From: Candidatus Binataceae bacterium
GTDB lineage: Bacteria; Desulfobacterota; Binatia; Binatales; Binataceae
Length of the DNA: 64,000 bases
Assembly (NCBI GenBank): GCA_036521875.1
Contig: DATDGX010000019.1
Span: forward strand, 4,019 to 68,018
Reading direction: 5' to 3'
Position 1 is the first letter of the stretch. Every line of letters starts with the position of its first letter. The notes under the pieces were generated by a model. The model searched no databases, had not been told where the DNA came from, and saw only the letters and a program-made list of their open reading frames with translations. Position numbers and translations under genes: made by a program. Shown piece by piece: positions 30,248 through 38,868 of this stretch.

Positions 30248-30874
30248 TTAGAGCGCACCGTTCGCTTCCCGAATTGCGATGTCCTGCTTGAGCGGAGAGC
30301 CTGCCGGACCCAGCATCTCGATTCGACGATTCGGGCCGTCGAAGCTGACTCGCTCGCCATGCGGGAGATCCCAAGTCGCCTCGATGCTCTCCGCGCCGCG
30401 GCCCCCGGACGGCTTCTGGGCGGTGGGTGCGCCGAGCGCCTGCTCGAGCTCGTCGAAAACGCCTGCCGTGGAATCGGCCGCGGAGGTCGCGATTGCGAGC
30501 TGCATCCCGGTGTGGGCGGTGAATTCATAAATGACGGTGTCGTAGCGCAGGTGGTCGGCGCGCAACCGTTCGATCCGGTACGCCTCGGCGCCGTACGGAC
30601 TGGTTTCCACCGCACCCATCGGATAGCGCTCCTGGACTTCGACGAGCTGGGCGCCGAAATGAACGTCGAGGAACGACGTCAGGCTGGGACGCTTGGGCTG
30701 CGCCCACTGCGGCATCTGTGTCGCGGACGCACATGCCGAAACGGCGCCGGCGAGTGCTGTCGCAACCGCGATGCGACAGCACGCGGCGCGCGCCACGCCG
30801 AGCCGCGAAAGAATCGAAGCGGGCAGGCGGGCTCCTGGAGCGCTCGAACGGCGAGTCGTGCAGCGGAAACTCAC
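30248..30874 (-). CDS. hypothetical lipoprotein (signal peptide with lipobox VSAC)
   Basis: 208 aa. The N-terminus ...IAVATALAGAVSAC has a positive n-region, hydrophobic core and Cys. There is no recognisable domain. Confidence 0.4.
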   Translation of the reverse strand: MSFRCTTRRSSAPGARLPASILSRLGVARAACCRIAVATALAGAVSACASATQMPQWAQPKRPSLTSFLDVHFGAQLVEVQERYPMGAVETSPYGAEAYRIERLRADHLRYDTVIYEFTAHTGMQLAIATSAADSTAGVFDELEQALGAPTAQKPSGGRGAESIEATWDLPHGERVSFDGPNRRIEMLGPAGSPLKQDIAIREANGAL

Positions 30875-30885
30875 GGGCCAGCGAG

Positions 30886-31404
30886 TCAGCTCTGCTTGGT
30901 GACTGCCGACGCCGGCAGCACCACCCGGAGCCCGCTTGCTTCGACAGCGCTCAGCAGAATCGCGACGCGCTCGGCACCAGAGTAGTAACGATCGAAGATC
31001 GCCTCGAAGCCCCGGAACGGTCCTTCCACCACCACCACGCGCTCGCCACTGTCCAATGGCTTCTCGACGATTTCGACCACGTCGTTGACGCCACGCCGGC
31101 GTATCTCGGCGACGATCTGCGCGGGCACGATCAGCGGGTCGTTGCCTGCGGAGACGAGCCCGCGCACGCCGGGCAGATACTTAACGTCGAAGTAGCGCAA
31201 CGGCAGGTTGAAGCGGGCGAACAAATAGCATGGGAACAGCGGGCCGACCGACAGCGCCATGCGGCTCCATCGCGGGGTCCTCGCGCGCAGCAGCGGCAGG
31301 AACACCTCGGGCAGCATCATGGCGAGCTGATCGCGGACCCATCTTTCCTTTCCAGTCTTAGTGCGGACCAGATACCAGTTGTCGGATTCAGTCGGGTCAC
31401 TCAT
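30886..31404 (-). CDS. NusG-family transcription antiterminator paralog (RfaH/LoaP/UpxY-like)
   Basis: NGN domain (MSDPTESDNWYLVRTKTGKERWVRDQL) and KOW motif (GERVVVVEGPFRGFEAIFDRYYSGAERVAILL). The ORF is open to GTG 31428, but the MSDP start at 31404 fits NusG N-termini better. Confidence 0.65.
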   Translation of the reverse strand: MSDPTESDNWYLVRTKTGKERWVRDQLAMMLPEVFLPLLRARTPRWSRMALSVGPLFPCYLFARFNLPLRYFDVKYLPGVRGLVSAGNDPLIVPAQIVAEIRRRGVNDVVEIVEKPLDSGERVVVVEGPFRGFEAIFDRYYSGAERVAILLSAVEASGLRVVLPASAVTKQS

Positions 31405-31436
31405 TGCGGACTTCGGACGCGCGCGCACTCCTCGAG

Positions 31437-31478
31437 GACAAAAAGAAAGGCGGCTGCAGCATACGCCGCAGCCGCCTT
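31437..31478 (-). terminator. intrinsic terminator/attenuator hairpin on the minus strand
   Basis: Minus strand: AAGGCGGCUGCGGC-GUAU-GCUGCAGCCGCCUU (12-bp GC stem) followed by UUUCUUUUUGU. It lies between the DUF1302 stop (31498) and the NusG-paralog start. Confidence 0.6.
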
Positions 31479-31497
31479 GTGAGTCCAGTCGTCGAAA

Positions 31498-33375
31498 CTA
31501 GATCTCGTAAGTGAGCGTGAACTCGAGCAGGTTGGACCTCGACTGACGGCTAAACAGGAACGGGTCGGTATAACGGCCGCTGCGGCCCAGGAACCAGATT
31601 GAGTTGACACCGAATAGAACGTTACGCGAGTAGCGGTACACGTTCGACGAGCTGATCGCCCCGGTGTTGTCGTCGATGTCGTCCTCGACCACGTTGGTCG
31701 AGGTCAGCTGACCGTTCATCAGCCAGTTCGTGATCGCGAGGAATGCGAAGTTCGACGTCTCGCGCAACTTGCCTGCTGCGAGGCCAGGAACCGCCTCGCC
31801 TTGCGCTCCGGGCGGGCGATCGGGATACCAGGTGTTGGTGTACTGGGCAGTGATAAACGTGTGCTGCTTCGACAGCCATGGAATGTAGGTCGGACGGTCG
31901 CCCGCCACGATGAATCTCAACCGTTCGGTGTCCGTCGCGCCCGAGACCCTGTGCGGATCTGAAACCGCTCCGAATTTCGGCTCATACAGAACGTCGTAGC
32001 GGTACACTATGTCGGTCAAGTCCTTGTCGTAGTAGGTGCCCGTCAAGCCGAAGAAGTTGTTGCGCCGATAGTCGGTGTCGGAAAGGAGGACGATCGTGCC
32101 CGCCTTGAGCACTCCCGGACGCGGAAAGCCGAACACGTACGCGCCTGTAACAATGGCCTGCCCGGGCGCGACTTTTATGACCGAGGACTTAGGAAAGCCT
32201 TTGGCGAAATGCCCTAGCGCATTGATAAAAGTCTGAGGACCGGCCCACGAAGCCGCGTCGGAGCGATCGTCGCGAGCCTCGAACAGATAGATGAAGCTGG
32301 TCTGGAGTCCGTTTCCGATCGGGATCAAGGTGGAGTAGCGGGCGCCAAATTCGCTGTTCTGGAGCGACTTGCTGGGCCGCGGAGTGAGCCCGATAATGGC
32401 GAGGTCAGTGAATCCCAAACCCGGGATGGCCAGCATGTTCTTCGCGCCGAAGTTGGGGACAGTCTGCAGCCGGAACGGCTGACCATTCTGGTTGTATGCT
32501 TGGTGGCCTGGCACCGAAATGGGCGCTGGAACCGACCACGGGTTGCGAGGGTCGATCATGACGTTGATGCCGTTGCCCTGGTAGTCTCCCGGAATCCAGA
32601 AAGCTTCTACTTCGTTGTTCGCCGTCTTCAGGAAGTCCGGAAGGATGTAGTTCAGCTTCACCATCTGGAGGTTCTTGCGCACGTCTTCCGGAGACTCCGC
32701 GCCGTAGACCCCGTGGAAAGTCGCATCGACGGTGTTGGTGACCTCGGTGCCGGACAACGCGTCCGCTTCTGACCAGATTACCTGCTGCTTGCCGATGCGC
32801 GCCGAGAAATTGTCGGTGAAGTTGAGCTGCGCGTAATACTCATGCAGGTCGTCTTTGAAGTACTGCTGCTGCAATTCGCGATGGTTGTAGTTGGGAAAGT
32901 CGCGGTTGGTTTCCGCAAGACCTTTGTTCTTCAGCGTGCCGACCGCGTCGTACCATGGACGATAGAACGCGAACGCGTCGGCGTCTTTGAGGAAGATGGT
33001 GTCGAGCCGTCCCAGCAGCTTGTAGTTTTTTACAATATGGTAGTCGGGCCGGATGTCGGCGAGCTGCCGCATCTCGTCCAGATCCCAATGGTTGAAGTCG
33101 AAACTGCCACCGGTTTCCGTGGAGGCTCTGCCCGGAATCGCCGTCGGCAGGGGGCCGGTGTGCGACACTCTGGTCAGCGTTCCGTTGTTGGTGGAGCTCC
33201 CCTCGCCCCATCGCCCTTCCTCGCGGGTCTCGAGGAATCCGAACACCGAGAAGTCGCCCTGCGTGATCGTTGCTCTCGCGGCTGAGGACCACAGCATCGC
33301 GAATGTGGCCGCTGCAACCACCATCAGAGCCCGCCACCGCGTACCGAATCCCACTCCCAATTTCCCGTTCAGCAT
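31498..33375 (-). CDS. DUF1302-family outer-membrane protein
   Basis: About 625 aa with a signal peptide (MLNGKLGVGFGTRWRALMVVAAATFAMLWSSAARA) and a beta-rich body ending ...LEFTLTYEI. The ATG at 33375 is preceded by GGGGGT; the ORF is open to TTG 33387. Confidence 0.5.
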   Translation of the reverse strand: MLNGKLGVGFGTRWRALMVVAAATFAMLWSSAARATITQGDFSVFGFLETREEGRWGEGSSTNNGTLTRVSHTGPLPTAIPGRASTETGGSFDFNHWDLDEMRQLADIRPDYHIVKNYKLLGRLDTIFLKDADAFAFYRPWYDAVGTLKNKGLAETNRDFPNYNHRELQQQYFKDDLHEYYAQLNFTDNFSARIGKQQVIWSEADALSGTEVTNTVDATFHGVYGAESPEDVRKNLQMVKLNYILPDFLKTANNEVEAFWIPGDYQGNGINVMIDPRNPWSVPAPISVPGHQAYNQNGQPFRLQTVPNFGAKNMLAIPGLGFTDLAIIGLTPRPSKSLQNSEFGARYSTLIPIGNGLQTSFIYLFEARDDRSDAASWAGPQTFINALGHFAKGFPKSSVIKVAPGQAIVTGAYVFGFPRPGVLKAGTIVLLSDTDYRRNNFFGLTGTYYDKDLTDIVYRYDVLYEPKFGAVSDPHRVSGATDTERLRFIVAGDRPTYIPWLSKQHTFITAQYTNTWYPDRPPGAQGEAVPGLAAGKLRETSNFAFLAITNWLMNGQLTSTNVVEDDIDDNTGAISSSNVYRYSRNVLFGVNSIWFLGRSGRYTDPFLFSRQSRSNLLEFTLTYEI

Positions 33376-33567
33376 AAACACCCCCAAGCCAGTTGGAGCC
33401 TCGTGGTTAGTTAAGCGCTTATGTCTAACCAGCTGTCCTGTCCCAAAACCCCGCGAAAACCGGCGCGTACACCGGTAGCCCGTCAGGAAACTACGAACGG
33501 GCGTTAGCTACCATTGAGCGGCAGCCCTTGTCAAGCGGGTCCCTCCGGCACGTCACCGGGTCGTAAT

Positions 33568-33611
33568 TACACGGCAATCAAAACTCATCATACAAAACTC
33601 GTCATATGCAA
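33568..33611. repeat. three tandem direct repeats of CAAAACTC(A/G)TC(A/G)T, period 15-16 bp, in the divergent intergenic region
   Basis: caaaactcatcat (33568-33580), caaaactcgtcat (33583-33595), caaaactcatcgt (33599-33611). They form an AT-rich island in a GC-rich genome between the divergent DUF1302 and beta-propeller genes. Confidence 0.7.
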
Positions 33612-33882
33612 AACTCATCGTGGCCGAGATTCCGCGCTATCACGAGGCGCCACGCAAATGGCCGCGAGGCGGCTTTTCCAGCCGCCTCGGAATCTCGCAC
33701 TTGAATTTGATATCCGATCAGTGTAGGTAAGGCGACCGATACCTGCGTCTGGGGACGCTTGTAGAATTCTTTGGAAAAGATCTTTTCCGAAGGCGGAGGA
33801 ACAAGTCGTAACGCAAGAACGGACGAGTCTCGAAGGTAGTGTCATCAGGCGGACACTGAATCGACTCAGCGGGGGTTAGGCT

Positions 33883-35346
33883 ATGACTCAGAGAGGGATG
33901 CATACAATGATTGAGGGGAAAGGCAGGTTTTCCCTGGCGCTCAGAGCCGCGTCAGGAATTCTTGGCTCCGCGCGCACAATGGTGATCGCGGTCGTCGCAA
34001 TTGCGTTTTCCTTGACGATGGTCACCAAAGCTCAAGCGGTCCATCATCGACCCCCGACTCCGGCGGGACCTGGTGGCTCGAGTGGAGTGCCGTTGCCCAA
34101 TCCTGAACCGCTCGAAGATGCGATCCTGGTGGATAACTACGGGGATTTGTTCGGCGGCTCGTGGTTGGTCTGGCCGGCCGGCCAGAAGGGCGGCAATTTT
34201 AAGCCAACGCAGAACGTGGCCGGATCGAAGACCACCTTGATCGGCCCGACCGGCATAGCCTCGGGTCCGGCATTGCTCGGTTTCCCGGTTTACGTCGATG
34301 TCGTTGCGGCTAACGGGGTCTTTCAATTCGCGGTTGTATCGAATCAGAATACCGGTCCAGAGGGCGCCGTTATCGGGCCGCTCACCGGAATCGATGCGCC
34401 TTTCGGCATTACTTTCGGAAGCACCGGCCCGGGGCCATTCGAGGAAAGTACAATAAGTGACGGAATGTGGGTTACCAACGGAGCGGTTCAGGTATTCAAG
34501 ACTCCTCCATTTGGAGCACCCTGCTCAGTCGGCACGATAACAGTATTCAATCCTTTCAACCCTAATCCAGACCAGGTGCCGCAGAACAATCATGCGGTCC
34601 TGCAGGCGAACGGGGCTCCGATTAACTCCACGATCGGCGGTTGCAATACGGGACTGCTCCTCCCGGTCGGAATAGCGGTCCACTCGGAAGCGGTCGCCTT
34701 AAATACAGCGACGAAATCCAAGCCTGCGGTATCATTGCCGCCGGAAGGTGCCGTGTACGTCGTGAATTATGCACTAGCTCCGACCCCGGCGCATGGTAAA
34801 ACGCCGGCCTCGCCTGGACTCAACGGGTACTTGTTGGTTTTCGAACCGGGGGAGACTGGTTATGGCAACGTGACGCCAGTAGGAGCGTTTGGCGCGCCAG
34901 GACAGACGGGTACCCAGAACATACTGATCAAGCCGGAGTATATCGCATTGCAAGAAGGAGTTTCGTTGCTTGCGGCTTCCAGTAAATCAAACGCCGCGGT
35001 AGCTCCTGAAGACGACATCCTCGCGGTGACCGACATCGGCGACGATAGCATCAAGTTCTTCTCAGCTGCTCAGGTGGGGCCTGAGGTCGTATTGACTTTC
35101 CTCGGCTCCATCGTCGGCCCTCAGACCAGACTGCACACCCCGATGGGTATCGCCGCCGGTTTCGGGGGCGACGATTACTATGTGGCGAACCAATCGACCG
35201 CGGCGGTCACGTTTTACGACCTGGACTCCCCTGTTGGGACGGGCACCAATTTCCCGCCCTCCGCGATCATCCAGGGCGACGTGACCAGTCTGAACTTGCC
35301 GACCGGCGTCGCGATTGACGTCCCGCTCGAGCCGGCCGTGCTATAG
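33883..35346 (+). CDS. secreted G/P/T-rich beta-propeller-like protein (YVTN/NHL-type repeats)
   Basis: 487 aa with an N-terminal hydrophobic signal (MVIAVVAIAFSLTMVTKAQA). Repeated motifs of the type YVVNYA / YYVANQSTAAVTFYDL are seen. GGGGG sits 8 nt upstream of the ATG. Confidence 0.45.
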   Translation: MTQRGMHTMIEGKGRFSLALRAASGILGSARTMVIAVVAIAFSLTMVTKAQAVHHRPPTPAGPGGSSGVPLPNPEPLEDAILVDNYGDLFGGSWLVWPAGQKGGNFKPTQNVAGSKTTLIGPTGIASGPALLGFPVYVDVVAANGVFQFAVVSNQNTGPEGAVIGPLTGIDAPFGITFGSTGPGPFEESTISDGMWVTNGAVQVFKTPPFGAPCSVGTITVFNPFNPNPDQVPQNNHAVLQANGAPINSTIGGCNTGLLLPVGIAVHSEAVALNTATKSKPAVSLPPEGAVYVVNYALAPTPAHGKTPASPGLNGYLLVFEPGETGYGNVTPVGAFGAPGQTGTQNILIKPEYIALQEGVSLLAASSKSNAAVAPEDDILAVTDIGDDSIKFFSAAQVGPEVVLTFLGSIVGPQTRLHTPMGIAAGFGGDDYYVANQSTAAVTFYDLDSPVGTGTNFPPSAIIQGDVTSLNLPTGVAIDVPLEPAVL

Positions 35347-35389
35347 AGCTGGCTACCTGGCAAGCGGCATCACCGCTGAATTGCATAAA

Positions 35390-35426
35390 CCCCGAATCCG
35401 GACGGCCGGATTCGGGGTTTTCTTTT
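35390..35426 (+). terminator. rho-independent terminator
   Basis: CCCCGAAUCCGG-ACGG-CCGGAUUCGGGG followed by UUUUCUUUU, directly after the stop of the 33883-35346 gene. Confidence 0.8.
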
Positions 35427-35474
35427 GCTCCTCTCGAACCGATCGCTGGATCTTGTCGATTGGAATAATCTCCG

Positions 35475-36242
35475 ATGGCACAATCCGGCATGCCCGCGAC
35501 GGTCGGGCCTGAAGTAGTATTACTACCAAGAACCGCCTTACGGAGAACTTTGATGTCCGCGGCGCTCGCGAGTATCGCCCCCAATTTGTGGACCGCCGAA
35601 CGGCCGTTCAAGCTGCCACTCATGCTCGGCGACATTGGTACCCGGATGACGATCGTGAAGCTCGCCGACGGCGGCCTGTTCCTCCACTCTCCGGTGCCGC
35701 TCGACGCCGAGACCCATGCAGCGCTCGACGATTTCGGCCCGGTGCGAGCGATCGTGGCGCCCTCAAAAGCGCATCACCTGTTCGTTGGCGACTACGTCAA
35801 AGAGTATCCGGGCGCAAAGCTCTACGGCGCGCCGGAACTCCCTGAGAAGCGCAAAGATCTGAAGTTCGACTCGACCCTGAGCGACACGGCGCCGCCGGAG
35901 TGGCAGGGCCAGCTCGAGCAACATCTGTTTCGCGGCGCGCCGTTTCTGAACGAGGTGGTTTTCTTCCACGCGCCCACGCGCACCATCATTTTCACCGACC
36001 TGGTATTCAACGTGGCTGTGCGTGATGCGTCGCGGGCGCGCGTGTTCAATTGGCTGACCGGCGCCGCCGGACATTTCGGTCCGCATCGTCTGATAAGGCG
36101 TGCCATTTCAAATCACCAAGCCGCGCGCGAATCGGTCGAAAAAATCCTGCAATGGAATTTCGAGCGCGTCATCGTCACCCACGGCGACGTGCTCGAGACG
36201 GGCGGCCGCGAGCGCGTGCGCGCCGCCTTCTCCTATTTGTAA
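35475..36242 (+). CDS. DUF4336-like hypothetical protein
   Basis: 255-aa ORF. The likely true start is the internal Met (MSAALASIAPNLW). The conserved core VVFFHAPTRTIIFTDLVFNV is present. Confidence 0.4.
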   Translation: MAQSGMPATVGPEVVLLPRTALRRTLMSAALASIAPNLWTAERPFKLPLMLGDIGTRMTIVKLADGGLFLHSPVPLDAETHAALDDFGPVRAIVAPSKAHHLFVGDYVKEYPGAKLYGAPELPEKRKDLKFDSTLSDTAPPEWQGQLEQHLFRGAPFLNEVVFFHAPTRTIIFTDLVFNVAVRDASRARVFNWLTGAAGHFGPHRLIRRAISNHQAARESVEKILQWNFERVIVTHGDVLETGGRERVRAAFSYL

Positions 36243-36309
36243 GCGCGCGCTGGATCGAACTTCGCGCCGCCGCCTTTTGTTCGGCGCGGCCCTCTGTTAA
36301 ACGGCAAGC

Positions 36310-36603
36310 ATGAAGTCACGCCACCTCGCCGCACTCGCGCTTGCCGGTTGGTATCTGATGCTGCCGCACATCAGCCGCGACTTCCCGAAGGGAAATGTCG
36401 ACGCTCCCCTCAGCGAATGGGCCAGACGCCCGGTGACCTACCGCGACAAAGATGAATGCGAGCACGTACTCGACAAGCAGCGCAGATTGACCAACGGGCG
36501 CAACCGGCAGACCGCGCTGAACTATTACTCGAATGCGCAGTGCGTCTCCGCCGACGATCCGCGCCTCAACAAAAAGCCCGCGACTCCGAAACCGAACTTG
36601 TGA
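36310..36603 (+). CDS. small secreted hypothetical protein
   Basis: 97 aa with a signal-peptide-like N-terminus (MKSRHLAALALAGWYLMLP) and two Cys. Confidence 0.3.
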   Translation: MKSRHLAALALAGWYLMLPHISRDFPKGNVDAPLSEWARRPVTYRDKDECEHVLDKQRRLTNGRNRQTALNYYSNAQCVSADDPRLNKKPATPKPNL

Positions 36604-36616
36604 GAAGATAATCGCG

Positions 36617-37357
36617 ATGGAAACCCGGGTCGACGAGATCGCTGACCGGATTTATCGGTTGTCTACCTTTGTGCCTGGAACCGCCGGGCCGGCCGGCCTC
36701 ACCTTCAACCAGTTTCTCATCGATGCCGACGAACCGCTGCTCTTCCACTGCGGTCAACGATCGTTGTTTCCGTCGGTGTCGTCCGCAGCCGCGCGCATTC
36801 TGGCCATAGACAGGTTGCGTTGGATCACCTTCAGCCATGTCGAGTCCGACGAATGTGGTTCGATGAACGAATGGCTGGCCGCGGCGCCGCACGCGACCGC
36901 CGCACACGGCGCTATCGGCTGCAACATCTGGCTCAACGACACGGCCATCCGGGCGCCGCGCGCGCTCGCCGACGGTGAAGTGCTCGATCTCGGCGGAAAG
37001 AAAGTCCGCCGCATCAATACGCCGCACCTTCCGCATTGCTGGGACGCCGGACTGATCTATGAAGAGGTGACCGGCACGCTTTTCTGCAGCGATCTTTTCA
37101 CCCACGCGGGCAACGGCCCGGCACTGACCGACGGCGACATCGTGGAGCCCTCGATCACGCTCGAGCGCAGGCTCGGGTTTACCAGCCTCACTCCGAACAC
37201 CGCGCCGATTATCCGCAAGCTCGCCGGATTGGCGCCGCGCAAGCTGGCCGTGATGCATGGCTCGTCGTTCTCGGGTGACGTGAGCTCGGCGCTCGAATCA
37301 CTGGCGAGCCACTACGACGCGCAACTCCGAAAAGGAACCATCGACGCGAGCGGTTAG
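36617..37357 (+). CDS. MBL-fold metallo-hydrolase (ODP/flavodiiron N-domain-like)
   Basis: The protein starts METRVDEIADRIYRL, and the ORF is open from 36533. HVESDECGS is an HxHxD-like metal motif degenerated to HxExDE. The beta-lactamase fold pattern is conserved. Confidence 0.6.
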   Translation: METRVDEIADRIYRLSTFVPGTAGPAGLTFNQFLIDADEPLLFHCGQRSLFPSVSSAAARILAIDRLRWITFSHVESDECGSMNEWLAAAPHATAAHGAIGCNIWLNDTAIRAPRALADGEVLDLGGKKVRRINTPHLPHCWDAGLIYEEVTGTLFCSDLFTHAGNGPALTDGDIVEPSITLERRLGFTSLTPNTAPIIRKLAGLAPRKLAVMHGSSFSGDVSSALESLASHYDAQLRKGTIDASG

Positions 37358-37744
37358 TTAGTCGGCTGGCTTTTTTTCCCGGTCGAGGAATGCCGCGAGA
37401 TTGTCGATCTGTCCCGCCAGTTGCGGCAGCGCACGCATCGCATGCGTGGTGCGCTTGGGATGGTAGCCGGGCGGATAACTGAGATGCAGCACGCGATCCT
37501 CGATTAGCTCGCGCGAGGAACCGGCGATCGCGGGCCCCTGGCTCCCATCGAGACTGGGATTCGGATTGTGGCAGACCACGCAGTTGGTCATATACACGAT
37601 GCGCCCCTGCTGCGCCGGCGTCAGCGGTTGCGACTTGCCGCACGCGGCCGCAGCGACCGCCAGCGCAAGCATCGAAATCGACGCGCAAATCGTTCGTGCC
37701 GATCTCAACTCATCCTCCTCGTCAGCCAAGCCGCTTGGGATCAT
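37358..37744 (-). CDS. mono-heme c-type cytochrome
   Basis: 128 aa with a signal/lipobox-like N-terminus (LALAVAAAACG) and the heme-binding site CVVCHNP. Confidence 0.6.
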   Translation of the reverse strand: MIPSGLADEEDELRSARTICASISMLALAVAAAACGKSQPLTPAQQGRIVYMTNCVVCHNPNPSLDGSQGPAIAGSSRELIEDRVLHLSYPPGYHPKRTTHAMRALPQLAGQIDNLAAFLDREKKPAD

Positions 37745-37863
37745 CAGACCGAAGGTCTAACCGCGCGTAGCGGCCGCGCCGCCACTTGCACCAGCATCGG
37801 GAGCTCCATGGCCGGCGACTGCGGAGCCGGCTCCGCCCCCCGGGTCCCGGTGCTGGCAGCTGG

Positions 37864-38487
37864 TCAGAGATCGCGTCGCCCGGCGAGCGCGCTGGTGAGC
37901 GTCGCCGAGTCGCTGTACTCGAGGTCGCCTCCCGCCGGGAGTCCGCGCGCAAGGCGCGTGGTTTTGATCCCGAACGGCTTGAGCGTGCGCGCGATATAGA
38001 GCGCGGTCGCCTCGCCCTCGACAGTTGCGTTGGTCGCGATTATAACCTCGCTCAGTTCGGCCGGCGGGCTCACGCGCGCGACCAGTTCCTTGAGCTTCAA
38101 GTCATCGGGGCCCACTCCGTCCAGCGGCGCCAGCGCACCGTGCAGCACGTGGTAGACGCCGCCGAAACTTCGCGCGCGTTCGATTGCCATCAGGTCCGCG
38201 GGCCCTTCCACGACGCAGATGACGCCGCGCTCGCGCGCCGGATCGACACACACCGCGCACCGCGGCGCGTCCGCGAGTCCGAAACAATCCGAGCACAGGC
38301 CGACGCGCTCCTTCATCTCGAGCAGCGATTCGGCGAGCGCGATCACTTCATCGCGCGGGCGGTTCAGGAGATTGAAGGCGAGCCGCGACGCGGTCTTCTC
38401 GCCGATTCCCGGAAGCCGCGAGAGTTCGCGCACCAGCCGCGTCATCGCGGGCGGCAAGCCGTCCTGGCGTTTCAGATTTTCCGCCAT
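37864..38487 (-). CDS. recR: recombination protein RecR
   Basis: HhH (LPGIGEKTASRLAFNLL), C4 zinc finger (CSDCFGLADAPRCAVC) and Toprim (ICVVEGPADLMAIE) in order. The ORF is open to 38544, but the MAENLK start fits. Confidence 0.88.
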   Translation of the reverse strand: MAENLKRQDGLPPAMTRLVRELSRLPGIGEKTASRLAFNLLNRPRDEVIALAESLLEMKERVGLCSDCFGLADAPRCAVCVDPARERGVICVVEGPADLMAIERARSFGGVYHVLHGALAPLDGVGPDDLKLKELVARVSPPAELSEVIIATNATVEGEATALYIARTLKPFGIKTTRLARGLPAGGDLEYSDSATLTSALAGRRDL

Positions 38488-38497
38488 CCAGAAGTCG

Positions 38498-38827
38498 TCA
38501 GTCGGTGCCGAAGCCGGGGAGCTTGAGGCCGGCGAGCGGCCCAAGCTTGCCCATCTCTTCCGCGACCATCGCCTGCGCGCGCCCGAGTCCCTCGTTCACG
38601 GCCACGACGATCAGATCCTCGAGCATCGGGCGATCGTTGGCAGCGAGGATCGCCGGATCGATTTCGATTCTGCGGATTCGCATCGAGCCGTCAGCGACCA
38701 CGCGCACCATCCCACCGCCCGCTTGCGCCTCGACGGTTCGCGCGGCAGCGGCTTCCTGCATGTCTTTGAGTTTTTCCTGAAGCGCCTGCGCCTGTTGCAT
38801 CAGCGCCGCGAAATTCAACTCTGCCAC
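38498..38827 (-). CDS. ybaB: nucleoid-associated protein YbaB/EbfC
   Basis: 109 aa beginning MAELNFAALMQQAQALQEKLKDMQEAAA, the signature of the YbaB family. Confidence 0.88.
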   Translation of the reverse strand: MAELNFAALMQQAQALQEKLKDMQEAAAARTVEAQAGGGMVRVVADGSMRIRRIEIDPAILAANDRPMLEDLIVVAVNEGLGRAQAMVAEEMGKLGPLAGLKLPGFGTD

Positions 38828-38868
38828 GTTGTCTTACTCCTCGCCGCAGCCGAGTCCGCGGCGCATCG

